From Octopus bimaculoides (Eukaryota): a stretch of 53,067 nucleotides of DNA. The translations under genes were made by a program, and so were the position numbers. The stretch is from assembly GCF_001194135.2 (NCBI RefSeq), contig NC_069006.1, positions 18,921,840 through 18,974,906 of the forward strand, written 5' to 3'. This document shows positions 26,486-34,275 of the stretch, in pieces (the first letter of the stretch is position 1; every line of letters begins with the position of its first letter). The notes under the pieces were generated by a model. It worked only from the letters and a program-made list of their open reading frames with translations. It searched no databases and was not told the DNA's origin.

Positions 26486-28441
26486 AGGCCTAATTCCTCA
26501 TTTTTTTTTATTAGAAGGGTGTAGCCACAACAAGACATACGCCAGGCATTCCATTAATTTCCCAGCTCAAAGGGGCTCGCTCCGTTTTATGCTCTGGTCA
26601 AGGCATAGAACACAACCCCCAATATCAGCAGCGGGGCCCAACAGCATATGCTGGTTTACCCCTGCTACATCATGCTGGTTCCATACCCCTTTTAAGCAAC
26701 AGCAAAATTCACTCACCCATCCACAAACACTCTCCAAGTTTTCCTATCATTTATAAACTCTCTTGCCTCTCTCACTCCAACACCTCAAACCATCAAAGCT
26801 TTCCTCACTCCATCCATGCACACAAACCGCGAGGTCTGCCTCTCGTTCTACTGCCTACCACTTCAGCCTTCATCACCTTCCTTATCATCCACCCCCTCCA
26901 TGTGGCCAAACCACCTCAACATTTTGTCTATCCAATTTGGTTGTTACTCTCATTCCTGCTCGGCTTCACACCTCCTCATTCCTCATCCTGTCCATCTGTG
27001 TCACACCAACCACAGCCCTCAGATAACTCATCTCAAACACATCCAGTCGCCTCCTTTCTGCCTCTCTCAGCCCTCACGCCTCTGCACCATATAACATTGT
27101 CAGCATAATCACGCCCTCATACACACCTCTTTTTGCTTTCATACCCCAACCTTTTATCTCTCTATAATCTGGTAGTACTCATAAAAAAGGTTCCTTAATG
27201 TATCGTTCTACAAAACATATAGAATATAAAGTATGACACAAGAGAAAACAATAAGGAATGTATAAAATCATAAATGACAGAGAAATAACTTCTCTGCCTT
27301 TCGTGACTTTATACACTCCTTATCAATTCTACTAAATGTATTGTGAAGGCGCATGGCCTAGTGGTTAGGGTGTTGCACTCATGATCACAAGATCATGGTT
27401 TCAGTTTCTGAACTGGGTGATGTGCTTTGTTCTTGAGTGTAACACTTCATTTCACATTGCTCCAGCCCACTCCACTGGTGAAAATGGGTAACCCTGCAAT
27501 GGACTGGCATCCTATCCAGGGGCACGAGGGAATATATATAAACCAGACCTTACTTAGGAAGAACGTTCGATTCTTTTGAATGTATAGGTAACTGTTGTTG
27601 CAACTGTGTTGTTTTTTTTTTGCTTTTTTTACTTAGCTGTTGAAAGAAAAGGAGGAGGCATGTGGCTTAGTGATTAGGGTGTTACTTTCATGATTCTAAG
27701 ACTGTGATTTCAATTCCTGGCCCAGGCAATGCCTTGTGTTTTTGAGCAAAACACTTGATTTCACATTGCTCTGGTCCTCTCGACTGTAACTGATTAACCC
27801 TGCAATGGGTTGGCATCCCATTCATGAGGACTGTTGTAATCTTGGTTACTTATTTGCCGTGGGTGAAAACGCATGCCTTAGTAGTTGGGGTATTCAGCTC
27901 ATGTTCATAGGATCATGAGTTCAATTCCCGGTGACATGCTCTGTCCTTGAGCAAGACGCTTTATTTCACATTGCTCCAGTCCATTCACCTCAAGCAAAAA
28001 TGGGTAGTACCTGTATTTCAAAGGGCCAGCCTTTTCACACTATGTGTCATGCTGAATCTCTCTGAGAACTATGTCAAGGGTACGTGTCTGTGGAAAGCTT
28101 AGCCACATGCACATTAATTTATCAAGCAAGCTGTTCCGTTGATTGGATCATCTGGAACCCTCCTTGTCATAACCAACAGAATGCCAGTTATTTGCCATGG
28201 AAACTGAGTAAACAACTGTATGAGTCCTAGGACCTGAGTCAGTGATGACCAAGGGACTTGCTTGTTACTATATGTATGGTGTAATTTTGTAGATTTCCAA
28301 ACACAAATGGTTGTGCGGTTAAGAAGTTTGCTGCACAACTAAGTCTCAGGTTCAATTGCACTGCACAGCACCTTGGCCAAACTGTCTTCTACTATAGCCC
28401 CGGGCCAACCAAAACCTCGTAAAACTAAAAGAAAACCATCA

Positions 28442-28477
<36 letters not shown>

Positions 28478-30015
28478 GGCTTATTCAAAGATTTTATCTC
28501 CTAAATTCCATGCACACTGTATTGGTCAACCTCAACTGATGGTAAAAAAGATATTGGTGTGAGGAGGCAGGCCAGTGGGCTTGAACATGGAATCTTGTGG
28601 ATGTGAAAGTGAAATCCATACTTGCATATAATCAAAGGTGAAACAACCAGCATGCAATGTTATAATAGTAAGAAAATAGCATTTAAATTATTTAGTTAAC
28701 TTATTGATGCTCTTTACCTGCTTAATCTTCTCACCGGGATAGAGAGGAAAAGGACTTTGTGTGAAGCGGATTTCTTCATCGCCATGAGCCAGCTCAGCTT
28801 GGCCATACTTGTCATAGGAAATGCTGCCATCAGTATCATATTTAACCGGGTTTACAATGATGCAGAAATGCCTTGGAGGAATGGTCATCATGTTAACGGG
28901 AGGCATGACAATTCTGAGAGAAAAATGGAAAATGGTAAAATTTGTCACAAGCAACAGAAGCAGAATTAGTTCAAAATGGCAATCTGTGTGGATGTAAGGA
29001 CAGTCAGATGTGATCCAATGGGTGTTGGCGGTATAAACAGCCAAGTGTGATATAATGTAGACTGGTGGTAGGGACAGTAAAATTTGATATGTGTGTTGGA
29101 GGTATGTACAGTTAGATCTCATATAATGTATGCTGTAGATATTAACCATCAAGTGTGATATAATATATACTGGAGGTATGGGCAGTGATATGTGTGACAT
29201 ATATGATAGATGGCTGAGTGGTAAGAAGTTTGCTTCCCAACAACATGGTTTCATATTTCTTTATTGCCTACAAGGGGCTACACACAGAGGGGACAAACAA
29301 GGACAGACAAACGGATATATCGATTACATCGACCCCAGTGCGTAACTGGTACTTATTTAGTCGACCCCGAAAGGATCAAAGGTAAAGTCCACCTCGGCGG
29401 AAATTGAACTCAGAACGTAGCGGCAGACGAAATAATGCTAGGCATTTCGCCCGGCGTGCTAACGTTTCTGCCAGCTCACAGCCTTATGGTTTCAACCACA
29501 TGGTTTCGGGTTCAGTCCCACTGCATGGAACCTTGGGCAAGTGGATTTTACTATAGCCTTGGGCCAAGTATAGCCTCATGTATGGGTCTGGTAGACAGAG
29601 ACTGAAAGAAGCCTGTTGTGCATGCATGTGTGTGTGTGTGTTTGTCTTTACATTTTTTGACAACCAGTGTTGATTTCTTTATGTCTTTGAAACCGAGCAG
29701 TTCAACAAATGAGAAGGACAAATTAAGAATCAGACTTAAAATAAGTGCCAGGGCCATGCCAGAGCACCTACAAGGTGGTGCTCCAGCATGGCCATAGTCT
29801 AATGATTGAAACAAGTAAAAGAGCAAACGAAAAAAGATGAGGTGTAAAACTTACTTCTCATTTTCTTGCCGGATGTAGGTTTTCGGACCAATTACAACGC
29901 GAGTTACATTAGTGTTTTGATCAAGAACATGAAGATAGTAATATGGAGGAATACGATTGATCATTGAATCTTCCATTGTTGATGATGTCTTCGCCTTTTT
30001 CTCAGCAGCAGACAT
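4132..30015 (-). CDS. MVP: Major vault protein, complete spliced gene: join of 14 coding exons, 2616 nt, 871 aa + stop
   Basis: Hallmark MVP motifs occur in the correct order ([130 protein letters not shown]). All 13 introns are GT-AG and exon phases join without a frameshift. Exon lengths 161+196+124+227+126+111+123+153+242+198+145+212+244+354 = 2616. Confidence 0.97.
5271..5723. mobile_element. Foldback MITE with about 140-bp terminal inverted repeats
   Basis: Left arm 5271-5411 (tgtagtaaagattgtttgccaacataacatggcagtcc...) is the near-exact reverse complement of right arm 5582-5723. Confidence 0.85.
6600..6843 (-). CDS. MVP: MVP coding exon 13 (aa 673-754), [10 protein letters not shown]...EKIES (cap helix)
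   Basis: Acceptor tttgcag|A, donor TCG|GTAAGT; 244 nt. Confidence 0.95.
7360..7397 (+). ncRNA. Degenerate hammerhead-like remnant
   Basis: TTTT-CTGTTGA-AGAGcatagGCCC-GAAAC-ATA-AAAG. Reversing CpG-type transitions gives GAAAC-GTA with an ACGT palindrome. A6 is T. Confidence 0.35.
7704..7915 (-). CDS. MVP: MVP coding exon 12 (aa 603-673), NSAKIIR...SQEANAR
   Basis: Acceptor gcttcag|AAC, donor AG|GTTTGT, phase 2; 212 nt. Confidence 0.95.
9029..9173 (-). CDS. MVP: MVP coding exon 11 (aa 554-602), HFQVDDK...FDDFHK (SPFH-like shoulder domain)
   Basis: Acceptor atttcag|G, donor AAG|GTTAGA; 145 nt. Confidence 0.95.
9880..10077 (-). CDS. MVP: MVP coding exon 10 (aa 488-554), VTFGPDLV...QLSYNW
   Basis: Acceptor ttaacag|A, donor TG|GTTAGT, phase 2; 198 nt. 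Confidence 0.95.
10188..10503. other. Assembly gap (others at 6404-6413, 22341-22473, 24635-24813, 47687-47786, 50457-50561)
   Basis: Runs of N. Confidence 0.99.
11566..11970 (-). mobile_element. Retroposon 3' end with (GAT)n tail, family E (copies at 4758-5210, 6965-7268, 20580-20830, 24285-24480, 36080-36350, 49225-49518, 50760-50955)
   Basis: Shared ...gaagggcatccagctgtagaaac...ccaacccatgctagcatggaaagcggacgttaaa(cgat)(gat)n. 11566-11860 and 49225-49518 are near-identical. A trinucleotide tail is typical of RTE-mobilised elements. Confidence 0.8.
11995..12201 (+). mobile_element. RTE (Rex3/Expander-like) 3' end with GATG tail
   Basis: [51 protein letters not shown] followed by gatggatggat. 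Confidence 0.7.
12222..12463 (-). CDS. MVP: MVP coding exon 9 (aa 408-488), VRLVSGTSY...YKQKKAR
   Basis: Acceptor tgacag|GTG, donor AG|GTAAAC, phase 2; 242 nt. Confidence 0.95.
13193..13407 (+). mobile_element. SINE family D (many copies, e.g. 13010-13175, 21530-21760, 21790-22005, 22475-22850, 34275-34390, 41165-41310)
   Basis: aaggtggtgagctggcagaatcattagc...ctgagttcaaattctgccgaggtcaactttgcctttcatcc...ggggtcaatgtaattgact. Confidence 0.8.
13453..13858 (-). mobile_element. Full-length tRNA-derived SINE family C (about 20 further full or partial copies, e.g. 35090-35470, 45530-45850, 47480-47885, 49520-49885)
   Basis: GGCGCAGGAGTGGCTGTGTGGTAAG head, internal (TA)/(CA) microsatellite, and ...gactgaaacaagtaaaagag tail. 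Confidence 0.85.
14774..14820 (+). ncRNA. Degenerate type-I hammerhead, copy 1 of tandem pair
   Basis: CTATCA-tTGACaA-GACC aaggaa GGTT-GAAAC-TACATG-aTt-TGGTGG, 192 nt upstream of copy 2. Confidence 0.6.
14967..15012 (+). ncRNA. Degenerate type-I hammerhead, copy 2 of tandem pair
   Basis: CATCA-CTGATGA-GGCC aaggaa GGTC-aAAAt-CATTATG-tTC-TGGTG. Stems I and II are intact; G12 is mutated to A. Confidence 0.7.
16145..16215. repeat. (CA)n microsatellite; many others present, e.g. (TA)n 26424-26482, (GAT)n 30476-30541, (TCTA)n 51276-51378, and compound CA/TA tracts at 3090-3400, 16790-17215 and 40260-40470
   Basis: Read directly from the sequence. Confidence 0.95.
16353..16679 (-). mobile_element. 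tRNA-derived SINE (head B + tail X)
   Basis: gaaggcacatggcttagtggttaggg head, gagcaagacactttatttcacattgctccag core, and tail X shared with 23554. Related copies at 14510-14720 and 27875-28190. Confidence 0.75.
17261..17413 (-). CDS. MVP: MVP coding exon 8 (aa 357-407), [11 protein letters not shown]...NMKTGK
   Basis: Acceptor ttcttctag|AAT, donor AAA|GTAGGT; 153 nt. Confidence 0.94.
17520..18550. repeat. Diverged 152-154 bp tandem repeat, about 5-6 units
   Basis: Unit anchor agcattcattacc at 17584, 18034, 18188, 18340 and 18493. Confidence 0.85.
17736..18033 (+). mobile_element. RTE-like LINE 3' end with (GCA)n tail inserted in a 153-bp satellite
   Basis: [45 protein letters not shown] resembles the RTE C-terminus (W.RP.GRP..RW.D.I..DL....A.DR..WR). 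Tail gcagcagcagcagc. Confidence 0.65.
19210..19332 (-). CDS. MVP: MVP coding exon 7 (aa 316-356), [11 protein letters not shown]...HFLDTL
   Basis: Absent from the ORF track (too short). Acceptor ttttcag|GGA, donor CTT|GTAAGT; 123 nt; matches the MVP motif KSFFLxPGE. Confidence 0.94.
19689..19917 (+). mobile_element. piggyBac-like MITE family 1, copy 2
   Basis: Collinear with 1902-2129; TTAA at both ends. Confidence 0.8.
20088..20311 (+). mobile_element. piggyBac-like MITE family 1, copy 3
   Basis: Collinear with 1902-2129; TTAA at both ends. Confidence 0.8.
20991..21101 (-). CDS. MVP: MVP coding exon 6 (aa 279-315), VTGIEDIL...GEKKLVK
   Basis: Acceptor ttttttag|GTT, donor AAG|GTGAGC; 111 nt. 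Confidence 0.95.
22074..22340 (+). mobile_element. 5'-truncated R4/Dong-like non-LTR retrotransposon (REL endonuclease C-terminus plus 3' UTR), running into a gap
   Basis: [27 protein letters not shown]...[19 protein letters not shown] matches the E...W......P.V.GALG...QK..LLGTA.ILR pattern. It is directly preceded by (ATA)n at about 22008-22072. Confidence 0.8.
22983..23108 (-). CDS. MVP: MVP coding exon 5 (aa 237-278), TALKVKAL...PDVYEE
   Basis: Acceptor ttttctag|ACT, donor GAG|GTATGT; 126 nt. Confidence 0.95.
23554..23943 (-). mobile_element. Young full-length tRNA-derived SINE (head A + tail X) with (AAC)n tail
   Basis: GGAGGTGCAATGGCCCAGTGGTTAAGG head with A/B-box-like motifs. 10-bp TSD tatatgttgt at 23544-23553 and 23946-23955. 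Confidence 0.85.
24845..25107 (-). mobile_element. tRNA-derived SINE (head B + tail Z); an isolated tail Z also lies at about 36450-36570
   Basis: Head B followed by ...gcctttcccttggataacatcggtggtgtggagaggtgaggctggtatgcatgggcgactgctggtc. Confidence 0.7.
25205..25431 (-). CDS. MVP: MVP coding exon 4 (aa 161-236), GTYIPRKEV...YILTET
   Basis: Acceptor cttacag|GT, donor ACG|GTAAGA; 227 nt. Confidence 0.95.
26196..26319 (-). CDS. MVP: MVP coding exon 3 (aa 120-161), SVTALQV...WMFLGP
   Basis: Acceptor cctatcag|AGC, donor CCAG|GTACT, phase 1; 124 nt. Confidence 0.95.
26490..27155 (-). mobile_element. RTE-clade LINE 3' end (second lineage)
   Basis: [58 protein letters not shown], followed by the 3' UTR ending next to a (TA)n tract. 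Confidence 0.8.
27343..27850 (+). mobile_element. Two adjacent tRNA-derived SINEs (head B + tail Y)
   Basis: Copies at about 27343-27530 and 27655-27850 carry head B followed by aaccctgcaatggactggcatcc. Confidence 0.7.
28718..28913 (-). CDS. MVP: MVP coding exon 2 (aa 54-119), IVMPPV...PGEKIKQ
   Basis: Acceptor ctctcag|A, donor CAG|GTAAAG; 196 nt. Confidence 0.95.
29254..29485 (-). mobile_element. Family D SINE nested in a family C head
   Basis: 9-bp TSD atggtttca at 29245-29253 and 29486-29494; the family C head resumes after the insertion. Confidence 0.8.
29855..30015 (-). CDS. MVP: MVP coding exon 1 (aa 1-54), MSAAEKK...IRQENE
   Basis: ATG at 30015-30013. The upstream acceptor (tttcag, AG at 30042-30041) leaves 25 nt of 5' UTR in this exon. 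Donor AA|GTAAGT, phase 2. Confidence 0.93.
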
Positions 30016-30231
30016 AACCACACTTGACGTGAAGCGTTTCCTGAAATAACAAACCAAATAAATAACCATCAGACAAGTGATGCAGCAGCAACACTAGGCT
30101 TCTTTTAGTTTTCATCTAACAAATTCACTCTCAAGGCTTTGGTCAGCCTGCATAAATATATATTACATATTAATGAAGCCAATCAAAGCCCTGTGAGTAG
30201 ATTTAGTAGATGGAAACTGAAAGAAGTTTGT

Positions 30232-30270
<39 letters not shown>

Positions 30271-30507
30271 ATGCCTTATCTAGGCATTCCAATGTATATG
30301 TATATGATCATCATCATACAAGCAAGGTTGGGCATTTCCAGTCTTGAGTGAAAAAAAAATATCTAGCTATGGGAAAATATTATCTTGCTTAGAAACAGAT
30401 GTGGGCTGGTGACAGGAAAGGCATCCAGCCATAGAAAATCTCCTTCAACAAATAGCATGGAAAAGTGAACATCAAATGATGATGATGGTGATAATGATGA
30501 CGACGAC

Positions 30508-30543
<36 letters not shown>

Positions 30544-30939
30544 CAGCAATTCTTGGGTTAAGATTTGTGAATAAAGGACAAAGTCAGATCCTAGCAAATT
30601 TTTCAAAATGAACCTAAAGATATAAAAACATAAAAATACACTACAGCAAACATTGCAATATTCTTCATTAGTTTGGTCAGTTGTGGAATGGCAAACATTG
30701 AAAGTTATTTCTCTTCAAATAGTTTTTAATCATAGTTCACATTAATTATTGAAAGGAAGTAAAGTGAATTGGTACAACAGAAATGCTCCAACATGGGCTA
30801 AGTGATGATGGCTAAAATGAACTTTAGCACTGACAGAAAAGGATGTCCAGGTAAGGATCACAAGAGCATGGAACCAGTAGTTCTCAACCATTTTTAACTT
30901 ATGGATCCCTTTGATTCCTATTTCACTCAGATGGACCCC

Positions 30940-31970
30940 CTTAGCCATTAAACATACAATATTGTCATCTATCATATAGATATACTCTACAATATTTATT
31001 TCTTTATTGCCCAAAGGGGGCTAAACATAGAGGAGACTAACAATGACAGACAAAGGGATTAAGTCGATTACACTGACCCCAGTGCATAACTGGTAGTTAT
31101 TTAATCGACCCTGAAAGGATGAAAGGCAAAGTCGACCTCGGCAGAATTTGAACTCAGAATGTAACGGCAGATGAAATAATGCTAGGCATTTCACCCGGCA
31201 TGCTAACGATTCTGCCAGCTCGCTGCCCTAATACTCTCCAATATTGTCATGTATAATACAAATATACTCTCCAATATTGCCATGTATAATATAGATATAT
31301 TCTCCAATAATGTCATGCATAATACATATATACTCTCCAATATTGTCATATTCTAGAACATTGTCATGTACAATATAGATATAACTTGCATCAAGCACAT
31401 TTGAACTGATAAAAAACATTCCAATTTCATTTATCACTGCTTAGCGCGCCCCCTCCATAATATAAATATACTCTACAATATAGTCATGTATAGTATAGAT
31501 ATGGAGGCACAATATCCCAGTGGTCAGGACAGCGGACTCGCGGTCGGAAGATCACAGTTTCGATTCCCAGACCAGGTGTTGTGTGTGTTTATTGAGCGGA
31601 AACACCTAAAACTGCACAAGGCTCCGGCAGGGGGTGGTGGCGACCCCTGTTGTACTCTTTCACCCCAATTTTCTCTCACTCTTTCTTCCTGTTTCTTGAG
31701 TAATGCTGCGATGGACTGGCGTCCCATTCAGCTGGGGGAAACACATATGCCATAGAAACCGGGCCCATGAGCCTAGCTAGGCTTTTAAAGGGAACATAAA
31801 AAAAAAATAATATAGATATACTCTACAATGTGGTCATATACAATATACATACACTCTATATCAGGCATGAGCAAACTGTGTTGAGGAGGAAGCTACAATA
31901 GACATGACTCATCATCAGGAGGGCTGAAGTTTTCCCATGACTGACCTACATAGTATAATCTCATACAATA
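30940..31970. repeat. Diverged 33-bp minisatellite interrupted by two SINEs
   Basis: Unit atatactctccaatattgtcatgtataatatag recurs on both sides of insertions at about 31005-31230 and 31503-31810. Confidence 0.75.
31503..31810 (+). mobile_element. tRNA-derived SINE (head A + tail Y) with poly(A) tail
   Basis: Same 5' half as 23554-23943, but the 3' half is gatggactggcgtcccatt... TSD tatagatat at 31494-31502 and 31811-31819. Confidence 0.8.
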
Positions 31971-32255
31971 TAGTTACAGGCGTGGCTGGTAAGATGCTTG
32001 TTTACTAATCACATGGTTCTGGGTTCAGTCCCATTGCATAGCATCTTGGGCAAGTGTCTTCTACTCTAGCCTCAGGCTAACCAAAGCTTTGCGAGTGGAT
32101 TTAGTTGATGGAGATTGAAAGAAGCCCATCATATGTGTATGAGTGAGTCTGTATCCGTGTCTGTGTTTCTTATTTCTCTCCAACTCCTTATTCTTTTACC
32201 CTCTTCCTCTATGTCGTCATCTCATTAATATATACCATTCTTATTTTCCCTATTT

Positions 32256-32311
32256 GTCTCTGATGATGGAATATCCCATACCCAGAGACATCCCAGAAAC
32301 AGCTGTAAGAC
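32256..32311 (+). ncRNA. Minimal type-I hammerhead ribozyme (Penelope-type, palindromic stem III)
   Basis: GTCT-CTGATGA-[TGGaATaTC...GAcATcCCA]-GAAAC-AGCT-GTA-AGAC. The catalytic core is intact, stem I is GTCT/AGAC, the stem III region ACAGCTGT is palindromic, and the cleavage triplet is GUA. Confidence 0.8.
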
Positions 32312-33089
32312 TTTGAATTTTTTCCAATAATAATATTGTATACAACTTGAGATGTTTGCCTTGCCTTAATGTCTGTTGTCATCTTTAACAATTATATATC
32401 CACTGCATTGGAAATCTGCAATGGCTCCATAACTACTGTCTTGGCTATAACCTTGGAGCCCTAGTAATCCCTTACAACACTCACCTAGTGTACCTAATCG
32501 TTTAGATCACCTGTGAACTAAACCCCCATTCTTTGTGTGTGTGTATACATACATACATATATGTACATACCTACATATATATGTATATATACATGCATAT
32601 ATGGGTACAGGACATAAAAAAAAGTCAACAAAATGAGAAACGAGAACATGCCCCATCACCACTTGACAACTGGTGTTGGTGTGTTTACATCCCCATAACT
32701 TAGTTGTTCAGCAAAAGAGACCAATAGAAAGTACCAAGCTTAAAAAGAAAAATAATACTAAGCACTAAATACTAAAAATACCTCAAGGCAGTGCCCCAGC
32801 ATGGCCACAGTCTAATGACTGAAACAAGTAAGAGATAAAATATATACATACATCGCTACACATGGATACACATAAGCAGTCTCCTCCACCACCACTGCTA
32901 ACTCCCCCACCCACCCCCGTTTTCCTGCTGGGTTGTATCAGTTCATACATGCTAACTTATTGTATCTCCTGTCACCTAGCAACAATCTACTGCCTAGCCA
33001 ACTTGCTGTGTCTATTAGTAATGGTTCACTGATCAGCCCAATCATGGCAATAATCAATAGGGTCAGAACTTATCATTGGTTTATTGTAG

Positions 33090-33393
33090 AACCATAGATG
33101 ATCAAGATGGAAGGGCAATTTAACACTAACCATAGATGATCAAGATGGAAGGGCAATTTAACACTAACCATAGATGATCAAGATGGAAGGGCAATTTAAC
33201 ACTAACCATAGATGATCAAGATGGAAGGGCAATTTAACACTAACCATAGATGATCAAGATGGAAGGGCAATTTAACACTAACCATAGATGATCAAGATGG
33301 AAGGGCAATTTAACACTAACCATAGATGATCAAGATGGAAGGGCAATTTAACACTAACCATAGATGATCAAGATGGAAGGGCAATTTAACACT
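33090..33393. repeat. Perfect minisatellite, 8 x 38 bp
   Basis: Unit AACCATAGATGATCAAGATGGAAGGGCAATTTAACACT; eight identical copies with no spacers. Confidence 0.95.
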
Positions 33394-33469
33394 CCAAGGC
33401 AAATCTACAAAACACACAGCTGCTGCTGCCACTGCCTATAGTTCCGAACATTGTTACTGTGTAGTTCTT

Positions 33470-34275
33470 ATAGGTAGTCAGGTGGTCTGCCACAGTGTGG
33501 TACCTACTAGCAGCCAGGTAGTCTGCCATGGTGTGGACCTTATAAGCAACAAATGGTCTTCCACACTGTGGTACCTGCCAGCAGCTAATTGGTCTGCCAC
33601 AGTGTTGTACCTACTGGTGACAACATGGTCTGTCACAATGTGGTACCTAAGAGCAGCCATGTTGTCTGCCAATATGGTACCTACTAGCAGCCACATGGTC
33701 TCCCACAGTGCAGTAACTACTTAGCAGTAACATGGTCTGCCACAGTATGGTACCTACTAGCATCCAAGTGGTCTGCCACAGTGTGGTACCTACCAGCTCT
33801 GCCACAATGTGGTACCAACTAGCAGCCACATGGTCTGCCACAATGTGGTACCTACAAGCAGCCATGTTGTCTACCACAGTATGGTACCTACTAGCAGTCA
33901 CATGGTCTCCCACAATGTGATACCTAATAGCAGCCATGTGGTTTGTCATTGCGTTGTACCTACTAGCAGCTGGGTGGTCTGACACAACATGGTACCTACT
34001 AGTAGCCAGGTGGTCTGTCACAGTGTGGTACCCACTAGCAGCCAGTTGGTCTACCACAGTGTAGTATCAACTAACCACCAAGCAGTGTGTCACAGTGTGG
34101 TACCTAGTAGCAGCCACATGGTCTGCCATAGTATGGTACCTAATAACAACCATGTTGTCTGCCAGCGTGGTACCCACAAGCAGCCAGATGGTCTGCCACA
34201 GTGTAGTATCAACTAATAACCAAGTGGTGTATTACAGTATGGTACCTACTAACAACTATGTGATCTGTCATAGCA
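33470..34275. repeat. Diverged minisatellite, about 22 x 36 bp
   Basis: Consensus approximately CATGGTCTGCCACAGTGTGGTACCTACTAGCAGCCA. Confidence 0.9.

Noticed and set aside
33090-33393. 38-bp direct repeats as a CRISPR array
   Set aside because: The repeats are contiguous with no spacers, there are no cas genes, and the context is a eukaryotic intron; it is a minisatellite.
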